64,000 nt of DNA from an uncultured Thermoleophilia bacterium (GCA_963702475.1 CAVPCT010000005.1:96001-160000); one strand, 5' to 3'; numbered from the stretch's first letter, positions 19,189 through 30,369 are shown. Notes: generated by a model not told the origin, from the letters alone. Made by a program: numbers and translations.

Positions 19189-20400
19189 CTACTTCACGAT
19201 GTTCATCATGTTGAAGATGGGCAGGTACATGGAGATCACCACGACACCGACGATGGCGCCCACCCCGAGCATGAGGATGGGCTCGAGGATCGACGTGAGC
19301 GACTTGATGCTGGCGTTGACCTCGTCCTCGTAGAAGTCGGCGATCTTGCTGAGCATGGCGTCGAGCGAGCCAGTCTCCTCCCCCACCGAGATCATCTGCG
19401 TGACCATGGCCGGGAACACCGGGACGCTCTCGAGCGGCTTGGTGATGGACTGCCCCTCCTTGACGCTCTGCTGGACGTCCATCATGGCCTTCTCGATGAC
19501 GTAGTTGCCGGCCGCCTGTCCGGTGATCTCGATGGCCTGCAGGATGGGCACGCCGGACGAGATGAGCGTGCCCAGCGTGCGCGAGAACCGCGCCACGGCC
19601 AGCTTGCGGATGATCTGGCCGATGCCCATGGGGATCCTGAGCTTGATCCTGTCCCACGTCTCGCGGCCGCGGTCGGTGCGCTTGAGCCGGCGCAGACCCC
19701 AGACGAGCAGGATGATGGCCGCGAGAAAGGCGAGGCCCCACCAGCTGCGCATCAGGTCGGAGAACGCGACCATGATGCGCGTGAGCAGCGGCAGCTGCGC
19801 GTCGCCGAGGTCCTTGTACATCGCGGCGAAGATGGGGATGAGGAACAGCACCATGCCGAACAGCACCAGGATGGCGAACGAGCCGATGAGGATCGGGTAC
19901 ACCATGGCCGACTTGACGGCCCGGCGGATGCTGTCCTCCTTCTCCAGCTGTGCGGCGAGGCGGTTGAGCACCTCGTCGAGGATACCGCCGAGCTCGCCGG
20001 CACGGACCATGCTGATGTACAGCCGGCTGAACACTCTGGGGTGTTTCTCGAGAGCGTCGGACAGGCTGATGCCCGCCTCCACATCGGCGCGGATGTCGCC
20101 GATGACCTTGGCCAGCTTCTTGTTCGGGGTCTGTTCCTCCAGGACGTACAGACAGCGCAGCATGGACAGACCCGAATTGACCATGGTGGCGAACTGGCGC
20201 GAGAAGACCGTGAGGTCCTTGGCCTTGATGCGCCCGCCGAGCTCTATCTGGCCCCAGCCCTCCTTGACCTCGTTGACGTCGAGGACGGTGAAGCCCTGGT
20301 TGCGCAGCGTCGCGGCGACAGCCGCCTTGGTGTCGCCCTCGATCTTGCCGGCGGTCTGCGCTCCCCGCTGGTCGATGGCCTTGTAGGCGAACGTCGTCAT
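19189..20400 (-). CDS. pilC: Type IV pilus platform protein PilC
   Basis: FSRQFATMVNSGL, AGELGGILD, SAMVYP, VGEETGSLD, LEP...MYLPIF. Confidence 0.95.
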   Translation of the reverse strand: MTTFAYKAIDQRGAQTAGKIEGDTKAAVAATLRNQGFTVLDVNEVKEGWGQIELGGRIKAKDLTVFSRQFATMVNSGLSMLRCLYVLEEQTPNKKLAKVIGDIRADVEAGISLSDALEKHPRVFSRLYISMVRAGELGGILDEVLNRLAAQLEKEDSIRRAVKSAMVYPILIGSFAILVLFGMVLFLIPIFAAMYKDLGDAQLPLLTRIMVAFSDLMRSWWGLAFLAAIILLVWGLRRLKRTDRGRETWDRIKLRIPMGIGQIIRKLAVARFSRTLGTLISSGVPILQAIEITGQAAGNYVIEKAMMDVQQSVKEGQSITKPLESVPVFPAMVTQMISVGEETGSLDAMLSKIADFYEDEVNASIKSLTSILEPILMLGVGAIVGVVVISMYLPIFNMMNIVK

Positions 20401-20431
20401 GTGCCTCCCTCAGCCCCTCTCATCACCATGG

Positions 20432-20458
20432 GTATCGGCACTCTTCGCGAATCCTGCA
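20432..20458 (-). promoter_or_regulatory. Weaker sigma28/WhiG-type promoter upstream of pilC
   Basis: Minus strand TGCA-N15-GCCGATAC in the pilT-pilC gap. Confidence 0.45.
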
Positions 20459-20470
20459 GCGTCACTTCGC

Positions 20471-21571
<1,101 letters not shown>

Positions 21572-21605
21572 TTCCTCGTGTCGGCGTTGCCGTTCATCAG
21601 ATTCG

Positions 21606-23540
21606 TCAGATGATCACGCGGGCGATCTCTTCGATCGAGGTAAGGCCCTGCAGCACCTTGTCGATGCCGTCCTCGCGCAGCGACTTCATCCCCTCGGCCG
21701 CGGCCACTCGCGAGATCTCGTCCGCGCTCTTGCGCTCCACCGTGAGCCGCCGGATGGCCTCGCTCACGATCATCACCTCGTACAGACCGAGACGGCCCTT
21801 GTAGCCGGTATTGTTGCACCTCGAGCAGCCCTTGTGGCGGTAGAGGGCAACGTCATCCCGTTCACATATCTCGGGTGGGAAGTCGTTCTTGCGGAGCATC
21901 TCCTTGGTGGCGGTGTACGGCTCCCTGCACTCCTTGCAGAGCCGCCGCGCGAGGCGTTGGGCCAGCACGCAGTCCACGGCCGACGCCGTGAGGAACGGCT
22001 CGATACCCATCTCCGTGAGGCGAGACAGCGCGCCAGGGGCGTCGTTGGTGTGCAGTGTGCTCAGCACCAGGTGGCCGGTGAGCGCCGACTCGATGGCGAT
22101 GAGCGCCGTCTCGCGGTCGCGGATCTCGCCCACCATGACGATGTCGGGGTCGCAGCGCAGGATCGAGCGCAGGGCCGCGGCGAACGTCATGCCGGCCCGC
22201 GTGTTCACCTGCACCTGGTTGATGCCCGTAAGGCGGTACTCGACCGGGTCCTCCACGGTGATCACGTTCTTCTCCGTGGAGTTGAGGATGTTGAGCGCCG
22301 CATACAGCGTGGTGGACTTGCCCGATCCGGTGGGTCCCGTCACGAGGATCGCGCCGTAGGGTTTCAAGAACGATTTGCGGAACCGCTTGAGGGCCTTCTC
22401 CGAGAAGCCGAGGTCCTCAAGACCGAGGAGGACGTTGGACTTGTCGAGCAGGCGCGTGACGACCTTCTCGCCGTACACCGTGGGCAGCGAAGCCACACGC
22501 ATGTCGATGGGCTTGCCGCCGACGACGAGGCCAATGCGACCGTCCTGCGGCACGCGCCGCTCCGCGATGTCCAGCTCGGCCATGATCTTCAGGCGGCTGA
22601 GGACCGCCGGCTGCATGCGCCGCGGCACGCTCATGATCTCGTGCAGCACGCCGTCGATGCGGAAGCGGATGAGGAGCTCCTTCGCCTGCGGTTCGAAGTG
22701 GATGTCGCTCGCGCCGTCGTCCACTGACTGGGCGATCACCGAGTTGACGAGTTTGACGATCGGCGCCTCTTCTGTGGCCTCGCGGATGTCGGCGGGCTCA
22801 CCCTCGAGCTCCAGGAACCCTTCGTCACCGAGCACGGTCTCGTCGATCTCGGCGCGCTCGCGGTAGATCTTGGCGATAGCGCCGTAGATGTCCTCCGCGC
22901 TGGCGATGGCCGGACGGATGCCGAAGCCTGTGATGATCTCCAGGTCCTGCAGGGCCACGAGGTTCTGCGGGTCGACCATGGCCACGAGCAGGGTGTTGTC
23001 GTCCAGGAACTTCACCGGGGCGACTCCGTATCGGCGCGCCAGGCGCTCGTCGATGTACCCTGCGGCGGCCGCGTCCAGCGGCGTGTCGGTGAGATCGATG
23101 TAGGTGACGCCGAACTTGGCCCCGAGCGCCCGGGCGAGGTCGAGCTCGGTGACGATGCCGTCGTCCACGAGGATCTGACCGAGGCGCTGGCGAGTCTCTG
23201 CCTGCTTCGCGAGCGCGGCGCCGATCTGCGCCTCAGTGGCCAGGCCCATCTCCTTGAGGATGTCGCCGAGGCGCAGTCTGGAGGCGCGAGGCGCGTCCGC
23301 GGACGGGGTAACGCCGGCAGTTGTGAGCGGCGGCGCCTGGCCGGTGAACCCGCCCACGAGCGCGGCATCGGCGGCCTCGACGAGCCCGTCGAGGGGGCCG
23401 CTGACACGCGAGACCGGCTCCTGCCTCTCGTCAGGCGCCACACCCGATGGAGTCATGAACGGTTCCAGCGATCCCCCTCCGTCGGCGGGCACCAGCAAGG
23501 GGCCCGTGGCGGTCCGTCCTTCCGTCTCCTCGTCCTTCAT
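21606..23540 (-). CDS. pilB: Type IV pilus extension ATPase PilB with MshEN domain
   Basis: RLGDIL...RLGQIL MshEN repeats, ASDIHFEP, GPTGSGKSTT, CKEC...CSRC zinc motif, TGYKGR. Confidence 0.95.
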   Translation of the reverse strand: MKDEETEGRTATGPLLVPADGGGSLEPFMTPSGVAPDERQEPVSRVSGPLDGLVEAADAALVGGFTGQAPPLTTAGVTPSADAPRASRLRLGDILKEMGLATEAQIGAALAKQAETRQRLGQILVDDGIVTELDLARALGAKFGVTYIDLTDTPLDAAAAGYIDERLARRYGVAPVKFLDDNTLLVAMVDPQNLVALQDLEIITGFGIRPAIASAEDIYGAIAKIYRERAEIDETVLGDEGFLELEGEPADIREATEEAPIVKLVNSVIAQSVDDGASDIHFEPQAKELLIRFRIDGVLHEIMSVPRRMQPAVLSRLKIMAELDIAERRVPQDGRIGLVVGGKPIDMRVASLPTVYGEKVVTRLLDKSNVLLGLEDLGFSEKALKRFRKSFLKPYGAILVTGPTGSGKSTTLYAALNILNSTEKNVITVEDPVEYRLTGINQVQVNTRAGMTFAAALRSILRCDPDIVMVGEIRDRETALIAIESALTGHLVLSTLHTNDAPGALSRLTEMGIEPFLTASAVDCVLAQRLARRLCKECREPYTATKEMLRKNDFPPEICERDDVALYRHKGCSRCNNTGYKGRLGLYEVMIVSEAIRRLTVERKSADEISRVAAAEGMKSLREDGIDKVLQGLTSIEEIARVII

Positions 23541-24376
23541 ACGGCTTCTCGCATCGCTTCCAGCGGCGCCGGTAGGCCTGTCCAGACCTCGAACGCTGCC
23601 GCCGCCTGGAACAGGAGCATCTCGAGCCCGTCGATGACTGTCGCTCCGCGAGCCCTGGCCTCATCTAGGAAGCGCGTCCCGCCTCGAGCGTACACGAGGT
23701 CGAATGCCACGTGACGCGTGGTAAGGGTATCGGCCAAGGACGCAGGGACTTTACCGCCGCCTTCCATGCCGAGCGTGGTGGCGTTGACGACGAGGACATG
23801 CGCGGCCACCAGCCGCTCGTCGAGACGATCGAACGGGAGCCGTTGGCAAGCCGTTCCGGGTACGGCAGCGGTGACCAGCGCGGCGAGGCGCGCGGCCGCC
23901 TCCTCAGTGCGGTTCACCACCGTGAGACGCAGGCCCATCCTGGCGAGCGCCAGCGCGGCCGCACGGGCGGCGCCGCCGGCACCCAGGATGAGCGCCGGCG
24001 CGTCGCGTAGGGAAGCGCCGCAGACGCTCACCACGGCGGCGCGCACACCCTCCACGTCGGTGTTGTGCCCCACCAGGGCCCCATCGGCAACGGCGATGGT
24101 GTTCACCGCCTCCAGCAGCGCCGCGTCGCCTTCGAGCCGGTCCAGCAGAGGCACCACGGCGGTCTTGTGCGGGACCGTGACGTTGGCGCCGCGCATCCCG
24201 AGGGCCCGCAGGCCCTCCACAGCGGCGCCCGCCCCGCCCGGAGCGACAGGCAGGGGCACGTACACCCAGTCCAGCCCCAGAGCCGCGAAGGCGGCGTTGT
24301 GGATCGCCGGCGACAACGAGCGCGCGACCGGGTGCCCGATGATGCCGACCACGGATGTCGTGCCCGAGACTCTCAG
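23537..24376 (-). CDS. aroE: Shikimate dehydrogenase
   Basis: GHPVARSLSPAIHN, NVTVPHK, NTDVEG, GAGGAARA, DGLEML; start is GTG 24352 or CTG 24376. Confidence 0.93.
   Translation of the reverse strand: MRVSGTTSVVGIIGHPVARSLSPAIHNAAFAALGLDWVYVPLPVAPGGAGAAVEGLRALGMRGANVTVPHKTAVVPLLDRLEGDAALLEAVNTIAVADGALVGHNTDVEGVRAAVVSVCGASLRDAPALILGAGGAARAAALALARMGLRLTVVNRTEEAAARLAALVTAAVPGTACQRLPFDRLDERLVAAHVLVVNATTLGMEGGGKVPASLADTLTTRHVAFDLVYARGGTRFLDEARARGATVIDGLEMLLFQAAAAFEVWTGLPAPLEAMREAV
23727..23753 (-). promoter_or_regulatory. sigma28/WhiG-type promoter inside aroE, upstream of pilB
   Basis: Minus strand TAAA-N15-GCCGATAC about 190 bp before the pilB start. Confidence 0.7.
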
Positions 24377-24518
24377 TGACTCACCCCAAGACGTCGGAGG
24401 ACGGGCGGACGGCCCGTGCCCTTCCGTCTAGATTAGGCGCCGACCCGGGCGCTCCTGCCGCGGAACGTCGTGAAAGCACAGCGGCGCGGCCCCCGCGTGA
24501 CGACGGCGCCACACCGGG

Positions 24519-25706
24519 TCACTCGCCGTTGGCGCGAGCCTTGGCCTGGTCCTTGAGGAACTGCTCGTAGGTCGCCGAGAAGTAGTGCCGCCCCGATCCG
24601 TCGTTGCGGGCCACGTAGTACAGGTACGGCACGTCGTCGGGATCGGCGGCGGCCTTGAGCGCCGCCAGACCGGGGTTGGAGATCGGCGTCGGCGGCAGGC
24701 CGGCGTGCTTGTACGTGTTGTACGGCGAGTCGACCTCGAGGTCGTCGAACGTGAGCACCGGCTTGGTCTTGCCGAGAGCGTACTGGATGGTGGCATCGAT
24801 CTGCAGCAGCATGTCCTGTCTCAGGCGGTTCCAGATGACGGCGGCGACCTTGCGGCGTTCACCCGCCGACTGTGACTCCTTCTCGATCATCGAGGCGATG
24901 ACGACCACGTCGTAGGCGGTGAGGTTCGCCTTTCGGGCGCGGGCGAGATCGACCTTGGAGAAGTTGTCGTCGAACGCCGCGAGCTGGTCGTCGACGAACT
25001 CGGCTGCGGTGCTCTTCGGCAACACCTCGTAGGTCGCAGGGAACAGCATGCCCTCCAGTGTGGTGCCGGGCTTGTACCCCTGGAGCCTGAACGGCGGGGG
25101 CTCGTCGCGGGCGACGTCGACGTAGTCCGCCGCGGAGATGGCCGGCACGGCCGCGGCCACGCGCGCGGACGCCTGCTTCAGCGTGGTGCCCTCGGGGATG
25201 CTGACCTTCACGGTGGGCGCGTTGACGCCCTTGCTGAGCAGCGCCACCAGCTTGTCGTAGGGCTCGTTCCTGTGGAGTGTGTACGTGCCCGGCTTGAACC
25301 TGGTGGCGTAGCCGTCGCCCTCGGCCTTGATGACGAAGGCGCGCGCGTGCTTCACGACGCCCTTCTCCTCGAGCTCTGCGGCGATGGCGCTCAGGCTCGC
25401 GCCGGCGGGGACCACGACCTCGACGGTCCCCCCCACTTCACCGGTGGCGAAGTAGCCGCGCGCGTAGCCGGTGCCGGCCCCGAGCACGAAAGCGAGCACG
25501 GCGACGAGCAGGTAGCCGGCTACTCGCCTGCGCCGGCGACCCGGCCGCGGCCGATCGCCGCCGCAGGACGGTTCGGCGGGCGCCCAGCCGGAAGCAGGGG
25601 CGGCCGCGGAGCGCTTCTTCTTCGTGCCGCCGCCCTGGTAGATCTGCCAGCCCTCCCCGGGGGGGCGCGAGCCCGCCGGGACAGGCGGCTGCCGGTCACT
25701 CGTCAA
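24519..25706 (-). CDS. mltG: Endolytic transglycosylase MltG (YceG)
   Basis: TM anchor, IPEG, LEGMLFPATY, ASMIEKE, LQIDAT, SPYNTY..GLPPTPISNPG. Confidence 0.95.
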   Translation of the reverse strand: MTSDRQPPVPAGSRPPGEGWQIYQGGGTKKKRSAAAPASGWAPAEPSCGGDRPRPGRRRRRVAGYLLVAVLAFVLGAGTGYARGYFATGEVGGTVEVVVPAGASLSAIAAELEEKGVVKHARAFVIKAEGDGYATRFKPGTYTLHRNEPYDKLVALLSKGVNAPTVKVSIPEGTTLKQASARVAAAVPAISAADYVDVARDEPPPFRLQGYKPGTTLEGMLFPATYEVLPKSTAAEFVDDQLAAFDDNFSKVDLARARKANLTAYDVVVIASMIEKESQSAGERRKVAAVIWNRLRQDMLLQIDATIQYALGKTKPVLTFDDLEVDSPYNTYKHAGLPPTPISNPGLAALKAAADPDDVPYLYYVARNDGSGRHYFSATYEQFLKDQAKARANGE

Positions 25707-26085
25707 CGATCGTCCTCAAGTAGTCTTCGAGGAGAGTCGCCGCGGCGCGGGCGTCGCGCGCGGCGCGCCCCCCGCGTCTGTCGGCGAGAGTCGAAGTATA
25801 CCGCTCATCGTACAGCTCGACGGGGACGTCGACCGCCTTGGCGAGCCGGCCGGCGAAGGCCCTCGCCCGTGCCGCTTGCGCGTGCTCGCGCCCGTCGAGA
25901 GACACGGGCAGACCCACGACGATGCGCTGCGGGTGTTGCGCGGCGATGAGCTCCAGCAACGCCTTCTGCCCCGCAGCGCCCTCGACCCGCTCGACGACCC
26001 CGAGCGGCGTCGCCAGCGTGCCGGTCTCGTCCGAGACCGCCACGCCGGTGCGCACCTGACCGTGATCGAGCGCGAGGACCCGCAC
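25696..26085 (-). CDS. ruvX: YqgF/RuvX family nuclease
   Basis: LALDHGQVRTGVAVSD, VVGLP, DERYTS, DARAA; alaS-ruvX-mltG synteny. Confidence 0.93.
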   Translation of the reverse strand: MRVLALDHGQVRTGVAVSDETGTLATPLGVVERVEGAAGQKALLELIAAQHPQRIVVGLPVSLDGREHAQAARARAFAGRLAKAVDVPVELYDERYTSTLADRRGGRAARDARAAATLLEDYLRTIVDE

Positions 26086-28716
26086 TCAGGACCCGAGCAG
26101 CTCCGCCAGCCGTGCGAGCCCCGCGTCGAGCGCCTCCTGGATGCCCTCGACGCGCGAGCCGCCGCCACGGGCGAGCGCGGGCTTGCCCCCGCCCCTGCCC
26201 TCCACGGCCGGCATCATGGCCTTCAGCACCTCGCTGGCATGGGCGCCGCGGCCCACAGCCCCGTCGGGCGCGGCCACGACGGCGGCCACGCGCCCTTCGA
26301 TCTCCGTGGCGAGCAGCAGCACGGCCTGGGGGTCCCTGGCCCTGACTTCGTCGGCCAGCGCCAGCAGCTCGTCGGCCGCGTCCACCTGCGGCGACGCGGC
26401 CACCACGGTCAGGCCGCTCACGTCGCGCGCGGCAGCCAGCAGGTCGCCGGCCAGGTCGCGGCGTTCGCCGCTCTCGGCGGCCTTGAGCTTCGCCTGCAGC
26501 TCGGCCACCTGACCCGCCAGCTTGCCGACCACGGCCGGGACGCGCTCCTCCTTGACGCCGAGCTCCGCCGCCACGCCGCCCCAGGCCGACTCGAGTTCGC
26601 GGTAGTGCTGGATGGCGGCCGCCGAGGTTATGGCCTCGATGCGCCGCGTGTTGGCGCCGACCGACTGGCTCGACGTGATCCTGCAGAGGCCGATCTGCGA
26701 GGTGGACGACACGTGCGTGCCGCCGCACAGCTCGCGGCTGAAGTCGTCGATCTCGAGCACGCGCACGAACTCGCCGTACTTCTCCTCGAACTGACCGATT
26801 GCGCCGATCTCGGCGGCGTACTCGCGCGTGGTGACGAACGGTCGCACGGGGTGGTTCTCGGTGATGCGCCGGTTCACGAGATCCTCGACCTGGCGAAGCT
26901 GCTCGGCCGTCGGCGCCTCGCGCACGGAGAAGTCAAAGCGCAGGCGATCCGGGCTCACCAGCGAGCCGGCCTGGCGCACGGGCTGCCCCAGTACGATGCG
27001 CAGAGCGTTGTGCAGCAGGTGCGTGGCGGTATGGTTGCACGCGGTCTGGTGGCGCCGCACGGCGTTCACCATGGCTTTGGCGCGCTCGCCCGGCTGCACG
27101 GCGCCCTCCACGAGCCGGGCCACGAGCACCTGGTCGTTCTCGAACCGCACCACGTCCTCGACGTCGAGCTTGCCGCCGTCGGTGTGGATCCAGCCCGCGT
27201 CGGCCACCTGACCGCCGCCCTCGGCGTAGAAGGGCGATTCCGCCAGCTTCACGGCCACGCGCCCGTCCGAGAGCTCGCGGCAGGCGCGCACCACTGTGAA
27301 GACCTCGAGGCGTTCGTAGCCGACGAAGGCCACGGCCGACTCGGCGTTGTCGCGCTGGAACTCCTCGAGCTCGCCGGGGCCACTGGAGCCGAACGCGCCC
27401 GCCTTCTGGCTGGAGCGGGCGCGCTCACGCTGCTCCTCCATGAGGTGCTCGAAGCGCTCCTCGTCCACCGTCATGTCCTGCTCCGAGGCGATCTCGCGGG
27501 TGAGATCGAACGGGAACCCGTAGGTATCGTGCAGCTCGAACGCCACCTCGGCCGGCAGCTCGGTGCCGGCGTCGCGGGCGCGCCGCAGGGCCTCCTCGAG
27601 GATCCCCATGCCCTGCTCGAGCGTACGGCGGAAGCGTACCTCCTCCTCACCGGCGACGCGCCTGATCTCGGGCTGCGCTGCCACGAGGGCCGGATAGGCC
27701 GCGCCCATGTGCTCGACGACGGTGTCGGCGAGGTCGGCCAGGAACGGCTTCTCGACGCCGATCGCCACGGCCTGCTGCACGGCGCGGCGGATGATGCGCC
27801 GCAACACGTAGTCGCGGCCGTCGTTTCCGGGCAGCACGCCGTCCATGATGAGGAAGGCCGCGCCCCTGGCGTGCTCGGCCATGGTACGCAGGGCGCGCGT
27901 GACGGCGGGCGAGGCTGCGGGCGTCACACCCGCCAGCTCCGCGCCCCGCTCCACGAGCGGCCGGAACAGGTCGGTGTCGAACACGTTGGCCACACCCTGG
28001 GTGATGCCGGCGATGCGCTCGAGGCCCATGCCGGTGTCGATGCTGCCGTTGGGCAGCGGCGTGAGATGGCCGACCTCGTCCATGTCGTACTGCACGAACA
28101 CCAGGTTCCAGTACTCCAGATAGCGGTCGCAGTCGCAGCCCGGCTTGCAGCCGGGGTCGTCGCAGCCGCGCTCCGGGCCGAAGTCGTAGTAGAGCTCGGA
28201 GCAGGGACCGCACGGGCCCGTGGGTCCGGCCGGGCCCCAGAAGTTGTCGCCGCGACCGAGACGCACGATGCGGTCGTCACTGAAGCCGTGGGACTTCCAC
28301 AGCTCCACGGCCTCCTCGTCGGCGGGGACCTGCGGGTCGCCGCCGTACACGCTCACCCAGACCCTCTCCCTGGGGACGCCGAGCCTGTCGGAGAGCTCCA
28401 GCGCCCACTGGATGGCCTCGGCCTTGAAGTAGTCGCCGAACGAGAAGTTGCCGAGCATCTCGAAGAAGGTGAGGTGGCGGGCGGTCTTGCCGACGTTCTC
28501 CACGTCCGAGGTACGGAACGAGCGCTGGCACGTGGTGATGCGTGTGGCCGGGGGTTTCTCGGTGCCAAGGAAGTAGGGCTTGTACTGCTGCATGCCGGCG
28601 GTGGTGAAGAGCACGCTGGCGTCACCGGCGGGCACGAGGCTCGCCGGCTCGCCGGCGAGGTGGCCCCGCTCGACGAAGAAGTCACGGTACAGGTCGCGTA
28701 TGTCGGCAGCGTTCAC
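26086..28716 (-). CDS. alaS: Alanine--tRNA ligase
   Basis: FTTAGMQ, HLTFFEMLGNFSFGDYFK, DTGMGLER, HTATHLLH, ELCGGTH. Confidence 0.98.
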   Translation of the reverse strand: MNAADIRDLYRDFFVERGHLAGEPASLVPAGDASVLFTTAGMQQYKPYFLGTEKPPATRITTCQRSFRTSDVENVGKTARHLTFFEMLGNFSFGDYFKAEAIQWALELSDRLGVPRERVWVSVYGGDPQVPADEEAVELWKSHGFSDDRIVRLGRGDNFWGPAGPTGPCGPCSELYYDFGPERGCDDPGCKPGCDCDRYLEYWNLVFVQYDMDEVGHLTPLPNGSIDTGMGLERIAGITQGVANVFDTDLFRPLVERGAELAGVTPAASPAVTRALRTMAEHARGAAFLIMDGVLPGNDGRDYVLRRIIRRAVQQAVAIGVEKPFLADLADTVVEHMGAAYPALVAAQPEIRRVAGEEEVRFRRTLEQGMGILEEALRRARDAGTELPAEVAFELHDTYGFPFDLTREIASEQDMTVDEERFEHLMEEQRERARSSQKAGAFGSSGPGELEEFQRDNAESAVAFVGYERLEVFTVVRACRELSDGRVAVKLAESPFYAEGGGQVADAGWIHTDGGKLDVEDVVRFENDQVLVARLVEGAVQPGERAKAMVNAVRRHQTACNHTATHLLHNALRIVLGQPVRQAGSLVSPDRLRFDFSVREAPTAEQLRQVEDLVNRRITENHPVRPFVTTREYAAEIGAIGQFEEKYGEFVRVLEIDDFSRELCGGTHVSSTSQIGLCRITSSQSVGANTRRIEAITSAAAIQHYRELESAWGGVAAELGVKEERVPAVVGKLAGQVAELQAKLKAAESGERRDLAGDLLAAARDVSGLTVVAASPQVDAADELLALADEVRARDPQAVLLLATEIEGRVAAVVAAPDGAVGRGAHASEVLKAMMPAVEGRGGGKPALARGGGSRVEGIQEALDAGLARLAELLGS

Positions 28717-28747
28717 TGGGGGCCTCGCGTCGTTGAGGGAAACGGGT

Positions 28748-29704
28748 CTAGCGGTCGTCGAGAGGCCGCGTGATGTGGGGAGCGTCGAGGTCCCCGATCT
28801 CCTCGCGCAGCTTCTCGAGCGAGCGCCGGATGAGGCGCGAGACGTGCATCTGGGAGATGCCCACGCGCTCGGCGATCTGGCTCTGGGTGAGACCTTCGAA
28901 GAATCTCAGGTGGAGGATGTACCGCTCGCGCTTATCGAGCTTCGCGAAGCCCGGCGCAAGCGCGGTGCGGTCCTCCATGGTGTCGTAGGCCTCTTCCTCG
29001 CCGCCCAGGTAGTCGATGAGGCCGGCGTCCTCTTCTCCGCCCTCGCCGTTGGCCGAGGCCTGCAGCGAGACCGAGTTGTACGCCTGGCTGGTCTCGAGCG
29101 CCTCCAGCACCTCCTCGGGCGTGGCGTTGGCAGCCTCCGCGAGCTCTGGGATGGTGGGCGACCGCTGCAGCTTGGGCACGAGTTCATCGATGACCTTGTT
29201 GAGGCGGATGTTGAGCTCCTGCAGGCCGCGCGGCACGCGCACCGACCAGCCCTTGTCGCGGAAGTAGCGCTTGATCTCGCCGACGATGTTGGGCGTGGCG
29301 TACGTGGTGAGCTCCACGCCACGCTCCAGGTCGAAGCGGTCGATGGCCTTGATGAGGCCGATGGCGCCGACCTGGACGAGGTCGTCGAAGTGCTCGCCAC
29401 GAGACGCGTAGCGGCGCGCCAGCGAGCGGACGAGCGGCAGGTACATGGTGATGAGCTCCTGCCTGGCCTCGATGGCGCGACGGCGCTCTGCGGGGTCGTC
29501 GCTGTCCTTGCCGTAGTGATAGACGCGCAGGAGGTACTGGTCTTTCTTTTCCGATTCGTCGCGCCCGCGCGGCTGCTCGGCGTGGACGTGCTCCTCGCCG
29601 CCGAGCTCCTCGTCGGCGTCCTCATCGCGATAGGGGCGCGCCTGACCGGGAAGCGCCCCAAGGTCGAGCGGGTCGCTGACCCTGCGGTCGTCGCGTGCGC
29701 TCAC
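28748..29704 (-). CDS. SigB/SigF-family sigma factor
   Basis: DDLVQVGAIGLIKAIDRFD, GEIKRYFRDKGWSVRVPR, LTQSQIAERVGISQMHVSR; GTG overlaps the anti-sigma stop. Confidence 0.93.
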   Translation of the reverse strand: MSARDDRRVSDPLDLGALPGQARPYRDEDADEELGGEEHVHAEQPRGRDESEKKDQYLLRVYHYGKDSDDPAERRRAIEARQELITMYLPLVRSLARRYASRGEHFDDLVQVGAIGLIKAIDRFDLERGVELTTYATPNIVGEIKRYFRDKGWSVRVPRGLQELNIRLNKVIDELVPKLQRSPTIPELAEAANATPEEVLEALETSQAYNSVSLQASANGEGGEEDAGLIDYLGGEEEAYDTMEDRTALAPGFAKLDKRERYILHLRFFEGLTQSQIAERVGISQMHVSRLIRRSLEKLREEIGDLDAPHITRPLDDR

Positions 29705-30090
29705 GCGAAGCTCCCGCGGCGCTTCGTCAGCACCACACGGTAGGAGCCGTCGCCGTCCTCCAGGGCGACCTCGTCGACGGTGCTCGCGAGCAGCTGGCAG
29801 AGGTCGAGGCACGCCTCCTGGTGGACAGTGACCTCGGTGCGCAGACGAGGGGACCGGAACGCACCGGCCGTGAAGCGCAGCAGGCCGTCCTCGACTTCCA
29901 CGTCGACGGTCAGCCTGTCGGGGGCGTCGGCGGCGAGCGCCGTGCGCAGCAGCTCGCCGGTGGCCAGGTACAGGTCCTCCAGGTCGTCGAGCGAGAACTC
30001 CAGGCGCAGCCCCAGCCCACCCATCACCATACGGAGCGTGGAGAGGGCGTCCAGGGTGGCCGGTATCTCGAGGCTGATCCTCTCAGCCAT
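29701..30090 (-). CDS. RsbW-like anti-sigma factor (degenerate HATPase fold)
   Basis: ISLEIPA, FSLDDLEDLYLATGE, LLASTVDEV; directly upstream of the SigB-like gene. Confidence 0.7.
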   Translation of the reverse strand: MAERISLEIPATLDALSTLRMVMGGLGLRLEFSLDDLEDLYLATGELLRTALAADAPDRLTVDVEVEDGLLRFTAGAFRSPRLRTEVTVHQEACLDLCQLLASTVDEVALEDGDGSYRVVLTKRRGSFA

Positions 30091-30098
30091 ACGCCGCC

Positions 30099-30368
30099 TC
30101 AGCCGCCCGCGGCCGCCGGCTGCGTGCCGGCGGCCTCGAGCTGCAGGGTGAGCTCGGAGTCGCGCTCGCGGGCCGCGCTCCTGCCCTCCTCGAGGGCCAG
30201 CGTGGCCCGCTGCCTCGACTCCGCGACCCAGCGCTGGGCATCGGAGGGCAGCTGCATCAGGATCTGCACGTAGCTCTCGCCGGTGCGCGTTCGGCGCCGC
30301 TGGACGTAGTAGGCGAGCGCCGCGCCCGCGACGATACCACCGAATACGAGCCTGCTCGAGAAGCCCAT
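30099..30368 (-). CDS. YtxH-like small membrane protein
   Basis: GGIVAGAALA hydrophobic N-terminus plus helical tail, after the DUF948 gene. Confidence 0.45.
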   Translation of the reverse strand: MGFSSRLVFGGIVAGAALAYYVQRRRTRTGESYVQILMQLPSDAQRWVAESRQRATLALEEGRSAARERDSELTLQLEAAGTQPAAAGG

Positions 30369-30369
30369 A

